Of a stretch of 12,544 nucleotides of DNA, positions 4,959 to 12,544 are shown one piece after another. Origin of the DNA: a virus (taxonomy: Duplodnaviria; Heunggongvirae; Uroviricota; Caudoviricetes). The position numbers and the translations under genes were made by a program. The stretch's first letter is position 1. Each line of letters begins with the position of its first letter. The notes beneath the pieces were generated by a model. It worked only from the letters and a program-made list of their open reading frames with translations, was not told the origin of the DNA and did no database searches. The stretch lies in IMG/VR virus record IMGVR_UViG_3300029858_000327; one strand, written 5' to 3'.

Positions 4959-5138
4959 ATGGAAGAAAAAGAAAAAACAATTCTGCTTTTCGGAAGCTCC
5001 TCAAAAGGAGATCTTGTAATTGTTCAGAGACCGGAGGAAAATAATTCCTACCTCAATGAAAAGATTCTGATTCTTGACGAATCACAGCAAAACCAGTTAA
5101 GGAACTATCTAAACCAAAAAATTAAATCAAATGAGTAA
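4959..5138 (+). CDS. Small hypothetical protein (59 aa)
   Basis: Not in the ORF track. Manual translation: MEEKEKTILLFGSSSKGDLVIVQRPEENNSYLNEKILILDESQQNQLRNYLNQKIKSNE*. It overlaps the recT start by 8 nt. Confidence 0.65.
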   Translation: MEEKEKTILLFGSSSKGDLVIVQRPEENNSYLNEKILILDESQQNQLRNYLNQKIKSNE

Positions 5139-6072
5139 CGTAGCATTGAAATTAAGTGAATTCCAGAAGTACAATGCAGAGAACATTCTGGATTGCGAAG
5201 CGGTAATGGAAAAAGTCGTAGAGGTGTACAACCTGATGCACGGAGAAGGTGGTGAAGCTTTCTTCGAACGGGAAAGACAGAACTTTCAGAAGATTATCTC
5301 AGAAAGCATCTACCTTAAAAAGTGCACGGCATTTTCGATTTATACCAGCATCATCGACTTGTCTGTGTATAATCTGTCAGTAGAACCCGGAGCACAGGCA
5401 ACTGCATACCTGATTCCGCGAAATGTGAATATCGGAAAGGGTTCTGACGGTAAGGACGTCTACGAGACACGATGCACCCTGAAGATTTCCGGTTACGGTG
5501 AACTTGTCATACGCGCGTCTGCCGGTCAGATTCTATATGCTGACAATCCGATCGTTGTATATGACAATGACGAATTTTCTTGTTCGGTCAGCGGAGAGAA
5601 GAAAAGCGTTGAGTACAAGTGCAACCTTCCTCACAAGGGTCATCAGGTAATAGGATGCTTCATCCGCATAGTACGTAGTGACCGTTCCGTAGATTATTCC
5701 TGGCTCCTTGAAGAAGAGATTGAACGTCTTAAGGGTTACTCTTCCAAAGCAAACAAAAAATGGAATGAGAGGGAAAGGAGATACGAATGCAAGGCTAATG
5801 AGCTTTACACTTCGAATGACGGAAGTATAGATACCGGTTTCCTGATTGCCAAGACAATCAAGCACGCTTTCAAGACTTATCCAAAGATTAAGGTCGGAAA
5901 GAGCACGGTATTGCAGTCTGAGGATCCGGAACCTGAAAAGACGGAAGATATATACGGAGTTCAGACAGATTCAGTACCATCAGATAATGAACGTCCTTTC
6001 GGCCCTCCGGTAAACGATATGGCTAAGGGGGTTACGATTGACAATTCATCGAATCCTGACAGCCCTTTCTAA
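5131..6072 (+). CDS. recT: RecT-family single-strand annealing recombinase
   Basis: 313 aa with RecT motifs LKKCTAFSIYTSI..LS, AYLIPR, ISGYGELV, VVYDNDEF, KTIKHAFKTYP and an acidic tail ending in PF. Confidence 0.88.
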   Translation: MSNVALKLSEFQKYNAENILDCEAVMEKVVEVYNLMHGEGGEAFFERERQNFQKIISESIYLKKCTAFSIYTSIIDLSVYNLSVEPGAQATAYLIPRNVNIGKGSDGKDVYETRCTLKISGYGELVIRASAGQILYADNPIVVYDNDEFSCSVSGEKKSVEYKCNLPHKGHQVIGCFIRIVRSDRSVDYSWLLEEEIERLKGYSSKANKKWNERERRYECKANELYTSNDGSIDTGFLIAKTIKHAFKTYPKIKVGKSTVLQSEDPEPEKTEDIYGVQTDSVPSDNERPFGPPVNDMAKGVTIDNSSNPDSPF

Positions 6073-6097
6073 TGTGTAACAAAAAAAATAAATCTAT

Positions 6098-7297
6098 ATG
6101 GAAAATCAAATTATCAAGCAGCAGAATGATATAGTAGAAGTTGCAAGAATCGCACCTGACGCTATAGAAAGGAATCAGGTTTCCTGCCAGGCGTGCGTGG
6201 AATACGGTAAAAAACTTCTGTCAATTGCAGAAGGCGGTATGAATGATGATATAGACAAACAACTTGAGGACTATATCAAGAAATCAAGGGTTACGATTAC
6301 TGCAATGAATGACAGACGAAAACCTGTAACACAGCTATTCGATCAGATACGTTCCGGATTCACCCAACTTGAAACGATGATAGATCCGAAGGTTGCCGGA
6401 ACACCGGCCAACAAGGCACAGAAGCTGCGTGACCAGTACGCAAGAAAGAAATACGAGGAAGAGGAAAGAAGAAGAAGGGAAGCCGAAAGGATGGCCCAGA
6501 TTGAGAGGGACAAGACTTCATATCTTGAAGCGTGCGAGAAGGAAATATTCGGATTCTTCAACCAGCGCACCAATCAGGCTATTAACCGTCTTATATCGCT
6601 CAATTCCTCACTTACCTACTTGAATTTTGACGAAGTTTCCGCACAGATTGATTCTTTCGACTGCAAGTTTCCTGTAAAGGAAATTTCCGGATACACATTC
6701 GGAGTAATGCTTCCGTCTTCCCTTGGCATGGAAGAAGTCAAGGCCATTCAGAAGAAAGCAATCGACAAGGGGTATGCGATGATGCAGCAGTACGAGTTTG
6801 ACGTACAAGGTCAGAAAGATTCCATCATGCAGCTTCTTCCATCAAAGTACAATGAGCTTCTGGCAATTGAGAAGCAGAAGCAGGTGGATGCGGAAGCCGC
6901 AGCAGCACGTGAGGAAGAAATGAAGAGAAAGGAGCAGCAGGAGCGGGAAAGAAAAGAAGCTGAAAGAAAGGCCGAAGAAGAAAGGAAGAGACAGGAAGAA
7001 GAGCTTAAAAGCAAGCAGAGCAATGTGGAGAGTCTGTTTTCCGTATCTGCAGTAAGCGTATCATCACCGGCTAACAAGGTAAAGGTTAAAAAGCTTGTGA
7101 AGGTGTTGAATCCAAAGGGTTACGCTGATCTGTTCAACTACTGGTGGGTTGGTGAAGGAAAGTATCTGTCACAGGAGGAACTTGAAAAAGTATTCAAGAA
7201 GCAGATTTCATACGCGGAAAAATCAGCCAACCGCCAGAATCCTGACTATATCAAGTCCGACAACTTGAAGTACATTGACGAAATTAAGGCAAAATGA
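6098..7297 (+). CDS. Long coiled-coil hypothetical protein in the recombination module
   Basis: 399 aa with E/K/R-rich helical tracts. Translationally coupled (ATGA) to the nuclease gene. Confidence 0.8.
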   Translation: MENQIIKQQNDIVEVARIAPDAIERNQVSCQACVEYGKKLLSIAEGGMNDDIDKQLEDYIKKSRVTITAMNDRRKPVTQLFDQIRSGFTQLETMIDPKVAGTPANKAQKLRDQYARKKYEEEERRRREAERMAQIERDKTSYLEACEKEIFGFFNQRTNQAINRLISLNSSLTYLNFDEVSAQIDSFDCKFPVKEISGYTFGVMLPSSLGMEEVKAIQKKAIDKGYAMMQQYEFDVQGQKDSIMQLLPSKYNELLAIEKQKQVDAEAAAAREEEMKRKEQQERERKEAERKAEEERKRQEEELKSKQSNVESLFSVSAVSVSSPANKVKVKKLVKVLNPKGYADLFNYWWVGEGKYLSQEELEKVFKKQISYAEKSANRQNPDYIKSDNLKYIDEIKAK

Positions 7298-7944
7298 ATC
7301 CTGACAGCTACTACAACCGTAACGAGGTAAGTAATTCGGACCTTACGGAACTTAAGAATCTCCTTTATCCCCGGCTTCAGTTCGGGGATAAAGAGAAGAT
7401 ATTCGCTTTCGGCTCACTTGTGGATGCAATCATAACTGAGCCTGACAGAGTTAATTATTACCAGCTTACCGTTGATGATGTGAAGTATACGGAAGATGAT
7501 TTTGCACTTGCAAGGGAAATGCACAAGTCGCTTCTGATGGAATCCAGGAAAGATGAATTTCTTGATTACGTACTTAAAAACTCTGACACACAGAAGTTCA
7601 TGGTAAAAGAAAGGGAGTTCGATTACACCGGATTCAAGTATCATCTTCCTACCCGGTGCAAATGGGACTGGTTCCTTTCTTCTGTAGGATTCGGTGGCGA
7701 CCTTAAAACCACATTTGCTGTTTCTCAGGCTCAGTTTGACGAAGCAGTCGACTTCTTCGACTGGGACAGAAGCCGCGCATGGTATATGGATATTGCCGGT
7801 TCGAACAAAGACTTCATCTATGCCATCAGCAAGAAAAACTGCAAGGTGTTCAAGAAGTTCATTGAACGAGGGGATCAGGTATACAGACGTGGTTTTGATA
7901 AGTACAACGAACTTGCCTTTAAATACTATCTGTTTGTCACATGA
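7294..7944 (+). CDS. PD-(D/E)XK exonuclease, RecE/ExoVIII C-terminal (DUF3799)-like
   Basis: VSNSDL, FGSLVDAIITEP, RCKWDW...DLKTT motifs, located near recT. Confidence 0.8.
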   Translation: MNPDSYYNRNEVSNSDLTELKNLLYPRLQFGDKEKIFAFGSLVDAIITEPDRVNYYQLTVDDVKYTEDDFALAREMHKSLLMESRKDEFLDYVLKNSDTQKFMVKEREFDYTGFKYHLPTRCKWDWFLSSVGFGGDLKTTFAVSQAQFDEAVDFFDWDRSRAWYMDIAGSNKDFIYAISKKNCKVFKKFIERGDQVYRRGFDKYNELAFKYYLFVT

Positions 7945-8375
7945 AGATTCTATGTATAGTAACCGAAAACGGACTGGTTCCCAAATATGACAGCGACCGT
8001 GAGGAGTTCAGGAGCCTGAAAAGGAATACTGATGTTCTTGTAGAAGTTGGCCAGAAAAGGAACTACGAGTTTCATAAAAAGTTTTTTGCTCTTCTTAAGC
8101 TTACGTATGACAATTTCCCTGAATGGCTGGAAGATTCTCTTAACGTACATTCAGTAGAAGACTTGCGCACACGACTTAAGGTTGACCTTGGACTATACGA
8201 GGTGTCACACTACGGCAATCAGTCCGTAATAATTCCTAAGTCAATCGCGTTCGACAAGATGGACGAAACTGAATTTGAGAAGTTCTACAGAAGTTCGGTA
8301 AACCACATACTTAAGAACTACCTGAAGGGCGTAAACAACGAACAAATAGAGAAGGAAATATGGAAATTCCTATAA
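7941..8375 (+). CDS. DUF1367-like (NinB/Orf-related) protein
   Basis: RNYEFHKKFFALL and PKSIAFDKMDETEFEKFY motifs, coupled to its neighbours. Confidence 0.75.
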   Translation: MKILCIVTENGLVPKYDSDREEFRSLKRNTDVLVEVGQKRNYEFHKKFFALLKLTYDNFPEWLEDSLNVHSVEDLRTRLKVDLGLYEVSHYGNQSVIIPKSIAFDKMDETEFEKFYRSSVNHILKNYLKGVNNEQIEKEIWKFL

Positions 8376-9796
8376 AGCTCAACATAACACCATACGAATA
8401 CCAGAAGGAAGGAATTATAAAAGGACTTGAACTTAAACGTCTTTTCTTGGGAGATGAACCAGGACTGGGGAAAACCTGCCAGTCGATTGGCATCGTAAAT
8501 ACTGCAGGTGCCTACCCTTCCCTTGTAATCTGTCCTTCTTCACTGAAGATTAACTGGAAAAGGGAGTTCGAAAAGTTTGCCGGAGTTGAAGCACTTATAC
8601 TTAACGACAGCGTAAAATCCACATGGGGTTATCTGTTACAAATGCGAACTGCAGACGTCTGCATCTGCAATTACGAAAGCCTGAGAAAGTTTTTCGTGTG
8701 GAAGTACAGGAAGGGTGACAGGCTTAAAGATATAGTGTTCAACCCTTTCATCAGCCTGTTCAAATCTGTTATCATTGACGAAAGCCACAGATGCAAGAGC
8801 CCAGGGGCCCAGCAGTCCAAGTTCATTGCCGGAATAGCTCACGGTAAAAAGTACATCATGGAACTTACCGGTACTCCGGTAGTGAACCGACCGCGTGACC
8901 TGATATCACAGCTTGCCATAATGGACCGACTTAATGACTTCGGTGGAAATTCTTATTTCACAGCAAGATATGGTGACGGAGAAAACCTTGAAGAACTTTC
9001 TAAAAAGCTCTACGAAACATGTCTTATAAGGCGTGAGAAGAAGGACGTGCTTACACAGCTTCCAGACAAGACAAGGGTTGACATCTACATTGACATAGAG
9101 AAGGAATCTCCGAGAGATTATTATGAAGCCTACAAGATGGCGGAAGAAAACCTTAAGGAGTATCTTATTACATACAAGTCGTGCAGCGAAGGTCAGGCAC
9201 GAGCAAAGATGCGTAATAAGGCACTCGTCCAGTTCATGGAGCTGAGAAGCATCGTTGCATTATGCAAGGTTAATCCAGTAATAGATTTCCTGAAAGACTT
9301 TATTGCTACCGGCAGAAAAATAGTCGTATTCTGCTCCTCACATTCTATCGTAGACAGTCTTAAATCGGCATTCCCTGATTCGGTTATGGTAACAGGACGG
9401 CAGGATTTCATACAGAAGCAGGCTTCCGTTGACGTGTTCCAGAACAGGCCGGAGATTCAGATAATAATATGCTCCATCAAGGCGGCAGGAGTTGGAATAA
9501 CTCTTACAGCCTCTTCCACCGTACTTTTCGTTGAACAGCCCTGGACTTACGCGGATCTTGTACAATGCGAGGACCGGTGCCACCGTATCGGACAGAAAAA
9601 CAATGTTACGGTATACAACGCACTCGGTCAGGGAAGTATAGACCATCGTATATACAACCTCATACAGAAAAAAAGAAGCATTGCCAATCAGATAACCGCG
9701 TCCTCTGACGACATACCGAAAGATGAATGTTACTTCGATGAACTTGTTAACTTGATTCTATATGATAAGCAGGAAGAGTCGTGCAGCGATACTTGA
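8360..9796 (+). CDS. SNF2-family (SF2) helicase/translocase
   Basis: GDEPGLGKT (Walker A), ICPSSL, IIDESH (Walker B), LTGTPVVN, AAGVGITLT and QCEDRCHRIGQ. Confidence 0.93.
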   Translation: MEIPIKLNITPYEYQKEGIIKGLELKRLFLGDEPGLGKTCQSIGIVNTAGAYPSLVICPSSLKINWKREFEKFAGVEALILNDSVKSTWGYLLQMRTADVCICNYESLRKFFVWKYRKGDRLKDIVFNPFISLFKSVIIDESHRCKSPGAQQSKFIAGIAHGKKYIMELTGTPVVNRPRDLISQLAIMDRLNDFGGNSYFTARYGDGENLEELSKKLYETCLIRREKKDVLTQLPDKTRVDIYIDIEKESPRDYYEAYKMAEENLKEYLITYKSCSEGQARAKMRNKALVQFMELRSIVALCKVNPVIDFLKDFIATGRKIVVFCSSHSIVDSLKSAFPDSVMVTGRQDFIQKQASVDVFQNRPEIQIIICSIKAAGVGITLTASSTVLFVEQPWTYADLVQCEDRCHRIGQKNNVTVYNALGQGSIDHRIYNLIQKKRSIANQITASSDDIPKDECYFDELVNLILYDKQEESCSDT

Positions 9797-9998
9797 ATGC
9801 CTTGAATACGTGATTTCCCTTTTCCCTGACAACAACAGGGGATATAATACTTCACGCACTTACAGAAAAGCATTGAAGGAATATATACGAGAAAACAAAA
9901 TCGAACAAAATGAAAGAAAAGAGAACACCATTGCGGAGAAAATCTCCGCTTCGAATGGTAAAGATAAGGAAGGTAAGCAAAAAGCAGGAAGCACTTAA
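9762..9998 (+). CDS. Small basic hypothetical protein
   Basis: 78 aa ORF filling the gap between the helicase and HNH genes, overlapping both. Confidence 0.5.
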   Translation: MISRKSRAAILECLEYVISLFPDNNRGYNTSRTYRKALKEYIRENKIEQNERKENTIAEKISASNGKDKEGKQKAGST

Positions 9999-10269
9999 CA
10001 ATGAAATGAACAAGATAAAGAGGGAGCTTCCTGACAGATGCTGTATATGCGGAAGGCCGGCCGTTGATCCGGCACATCTTCTTCCACGGTCAATGTATCC
10101 TGAATACTATACGGCAAAATGGAATGTGGTTCCTATGTGCCGTGAACATCACCGGCTGTATGACAATGATATAGAATTCAGAAAGCAGCAGAAAAAATTG
10201 TACAAAATCGTGCTGGAGCATGACGAATGCGCGGCACACAGATATTTCAGGTTATATGAGATTAGATGA
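9910..10269 (+). CDS. HNH-type endonuclease (NinG/Rap-like position)
   Basis: CCICG...DPAHLLPRS...NVVPMCREHHRLYD Zn-binding/HNH pattern with a basic N-terminus. Confidence 0.8.
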   Translation: MKEKRTPLRRKSPLRMVKIRKVSKKQEALNNEMNKIKRELPDRCCICGRPAVDPAHLLPRSMYPEYYTAKWNVVPMCREHHRLYDNDIEFRKQQKKLYKIVLEHDECAAHRYFRLYEIR

Positions 10270-11099
10270 AAAAATAGAATATTCCATTAATCTTCTTAGA
10301 AAAAGCGAAGAAATGGCTTTGAAAATGGATCCTGATAACGGATTCTATCTGGCGTTTTCTGGCGGAAAAGACTCACAGGTATTATACCATTTAGCCGTAA
10401 TGGGGGGGGGTTAAATTTAAAGCCCACATGAACCTTACAAGCGTAGATCCACCGGAGGTTATCAGGTTCGTAAAACAGCATTATCCTGATGTGGAACTGA
10501 TAAAGCCGAAAATGAGTATCTATGATATGGCGAAGAAGAAAGGCTGTCTTCCTACTCAGAAAGTCAGATGGTGCTGTAAGGAATTTAAGGAAATGTCTGG
10601 GGCCGGCAAGGTTACGTTAATCGGAATAAGACGAGAGGAAAGTGCAAGAAGATCGAAGCGTAATGAGGTAGAAATGAATAATTATAAATTCAGCGGAAGC
10701 TTCGATCAGTGGAGCGAACATCGCGAGAATATGGTGACTTGCGTGGGAGGGAAAGATAAGATACTTGTCAGTCCGATACTCTACTGGACGAGCCGCGATG
10801 TCTGGGAGTTTCTTAATTCAAACGGTATACCTCATTGCAGTCTTTACGATAAAGGGTATAAGAGAATAGGTTGCATACTCTGTCCGATGTCAGGTCATAA
10901 ACAGAAAGTAAAAGAACTAAGGGATTTTCCTCATGTAAAAACCAATTGGATAAAAGCTATTGAATGGTTGAGAGAAAATAAATGGACTGATACATCTTTA
11001 AGTAAAGATTCAGAAATGGCTTTTAACTGGTGGATAAGCGGAAAATCTTTTGATAAGTTTTATGCTGATGAATATTTACAACAAAAAATTGAATTCTAA
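10256..11099 (+). pseudogene. Phage PAPS-reductase-family (PP-loop, Fe-S) protein, frameshifted at a G9 tract (possibly phase-variable)
   Basis: The 5' part from ATG 10256 has YLAFSGGKDS and stops at TAA 10412-10414 after G9 (10402-10410). Removing one G gives ...LAVMGGVKFKAHMNLTSVDPP... and joins the 10428 ORF (RWCCKEFKE, GIRREESARR, RIGCILCP), a 280-aa product. Confidence 0.85.
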
Positions 11100-11110
11100 T
11101 TTTTTTTATT

Positions 11111-11635
11111 ATGAACATAACAAAAGCAATAGCTGAACAGGTTGCAACAAAAATGGTGAAACCTATAGCTGAACGTATCAGCAATGAACATGATATACTT
11201 AATGATATAGTGAAAGATATAGCAGTAAGAGGTATTCCTGAACAGGTATATGATACTTTCACTAAGTATCCAAGATTCTTTTATCAAACAAGGGCCGTAT
11301 ACATAATAAACGGTTCACAGGTTACAAGGGTGGAAATTAAAGAATGGCTACCTGTAAGTTCATGCGGAGGTGGATTGAGTGTTCCGTGTACTGCAGAAGA
11401 ATCAGAAAAGGTGTCAGTGCTACAGGAAAGGATAGAAGAACTTAGGGATGAAAAGAGCAGGACATACAATTCTATAGTTAACACTCTCCTATCTCTAAGG
11501 AATTCAAAGAAAGTTAAGGAAGCATTTCCCGAAGCATACGAATACATAAAGGGATATGAAGATAAAACTACAACAGAAGTGGCACTTCCTGTTGAAACCA
11601 TAATGAATACAATCAATAAATACAGAAAGGAGTAA
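11111..11635 (+). CDS. Nmad5-like (nucleotide-modification-associated) phage protein
   Basis: 174 aa helical protein with N-terminal ITKAIAEQV and C-terminal LLSLRNSKKVKEAFPEA...LPV, resembling Nmad5 from memory. The ORF is secure; the family call is moderate. Confidence 0.6.
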   Translation: MNITKAIAEQVATKMVKPIAERISNEHDILNDIVKDIAVRGIPEQVYDTFTKYPRFFYQTRAVYIINGSQVTRVEIKEWLPVSSCGGGLSVPCTAEESEKVSVLQERIEELRDEKSRTYNSIVNTLLSLRNSKKVKEAFPEAYEYIKGYEDKTTTEVALPVETIMNTINKYRKE

Positions 11636-11638
11636 GCT

Positions 11639-12544
11639 ATGGCAAATTACACACCAGAATTTATTACAAGTCTTAAGTCGAATGAGGTTTTTGTGTTCGG
11701 CTCAAATCTTAATGGAAATCATGCCGGTGGTGCTGCTTATCAGGCACTAGAGAAATTTGGAGCAGAAATGGGTAATGCAGAAGGAATGCAAGGTCAGTCT
11801 TATGCTATTCCTACACTGGATAAGAACATGGAGCGCATTAACCTTACTGACTTGGAACATTCAATAGGAAGATTTTATGACTATGCAGACGAGCATCCTG
11901 ATTTGATATTCTATCTGACAAAGATAGGCTGCGGTATTGCAGGATATGAAGTGTCGGATATAGCGACAGTTGTTAATTGCCGTGATATTCCTGCCAATGT
12001 GATTATCCCGGAAGAATTTACTCATGTGCCTGGATTCAAGGGTTTCGATGAAAATATGCAGTGTCGTGGATTCAAGTATGAGGAAGGTAAGACTTATCAC
12101 GAGGATGGTGAAATACAAGCTTGCTATTCAGGATTTCACTACTGCAAATATCCTCTTGATGTTTTTGGGTATTATCCTCCTGCAAAGAGTCGTTTTTGCT
12201 CTGTAGAGGGTTTTGGCAAGATGTCAAATGATACGGATGATGCAAAGCTTGCTGTGTCTGATTTGAAAATAAAGGCTGAGATTGGTATAGCAGGTATTGT
12301 GAAAGCTGCAATAGAGTATACAAGAAAGAGATGCACTAACAGATGTAATGCTGAAGAATGTAAACCAGCTACGGCCGGTTCTTATGGTGCAGCTACGGCC
12401 GGTTATAGAGGTGCAGCTACGGCTGGTGATAGTGGTGCAGCTACGGCCGGTTCTTATGGTGCAGCTACGGCCGGTTATAGAGGTGCAGCTACGGCCGGTT
12501 CTTATGGTGCAGCTACGGCCGGTTCTTATGGTGCAGCTACGGCC
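11639..12544 (+). CDS. Multidomain phage protein, 3'-truncated: macro-like (A1S_2505-type) domain, DUF7666-like domain and octapeptide repeats
   Basis: Not in the ORF track. Open for 302 codons from ATG 11639: MANYTPEFITSLKSNEVFVFGSNLNGNHAGGAA...SYAIPT...LTKIGCGIAGY... Then from residue 132, GFKGFDENMQCRGFKYEEGKTY...GFHYCKYPLDVFGYYPP..., followed by (ATAGxxGA)n. Confidence 0.85.
   Translation, partial: MANYTPEFITSLKSNEVFVFGSNLNGNHAGGAAYQALEKFGAEMGNAEGMQGQSYAIPTLDKNMERINLTDLEHSIGRFYDYADEHPDLIFYLTKIGCGIAGYEVSDIATVVNCRDIPANVIIPEEFTHVPGFKGFDENMQCRGFKYEEGKTYHEDGEIQACYSGFHYCKYPLDVFGYYPPAKSRFCSVEGFGKMSNDTDDAKLAVSDLKIKAEIGIAGIVKAAIEYTRKRCTNRCNAEECKPATAGSYGAATAGYRGAATAGDSGAATAGSYGAATAGYRGAATAGSYGAATAGSYGAATA
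12368..12544 (+). repeat. In-frame 24-bp tandem repeat GCTACGGCYGGT-N6-GGTGCA
   Basis: Seven full units and one partial unit. The variable hexamers are TCTTAT, TATAGA, GATAGT, TCTTAT, TATAGA, TCTTAT, TCTTAT. Confidence 0.95.

Noticed and set aside
5533..12323. Numerous minus-strand and nested alternative-frame ORFs in the track
   Set aside because: They overlap well-supported plus-strand genes with clear motifs and have no independent support.
12368..12544. CRISPR array
   Set aside because: The variable parts are only 6 nt and recur, and the repeat is an in-frame coding repeat. The arrays at 4342-4840 also lack spacers.

Overview
Early region of a temperate Bacteroidales-type phage. The host group is inferred from TAnnTTTG promoter motifs, AT-rich translation starts and the protein families. 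Left to right: a tyrosine integrase cut by the window edge (minus strand, missing from the ORF track); an att core made of the 3' half of tRNA-Thr(CGT); two AT-rich exported accessory genes; a LexA/CI-type repressor with palindromic operators and apparently face-to-face promoters; and three small early genes. Next is a ~1.35 kb essentially non-coding tract (3579-4939). It holds tRNA-Arg(CCT), a CAT-anticodon tRNA (probably Ile2), two tRNA-shaped RNAs without a normal anticodon arm, a boxA-like motif, several tetraloop-capped structures, three unrelated iteron-like repeat arrays and a terminator. It is followed by a recombination/replication module (RecT, a coiled-coil protein, a RecE-like nuclease, a DUF1367-like protein, an SNF2 helicase, an HNH protein). 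The window ends with a PAPS-reductase-family gene frameshifted at a G9 tract, an Nmad5-like gene and a truncated multidomain gene with octapeptide repeats. The most unusual signals are the anticodon-less tRNA mimics, the collection of orphan iteron-like arrays, the poly-G switch and the macro-like/DUF7666-like/variable-repeat fusion. All family assignments come from motif recognition, not database searches.
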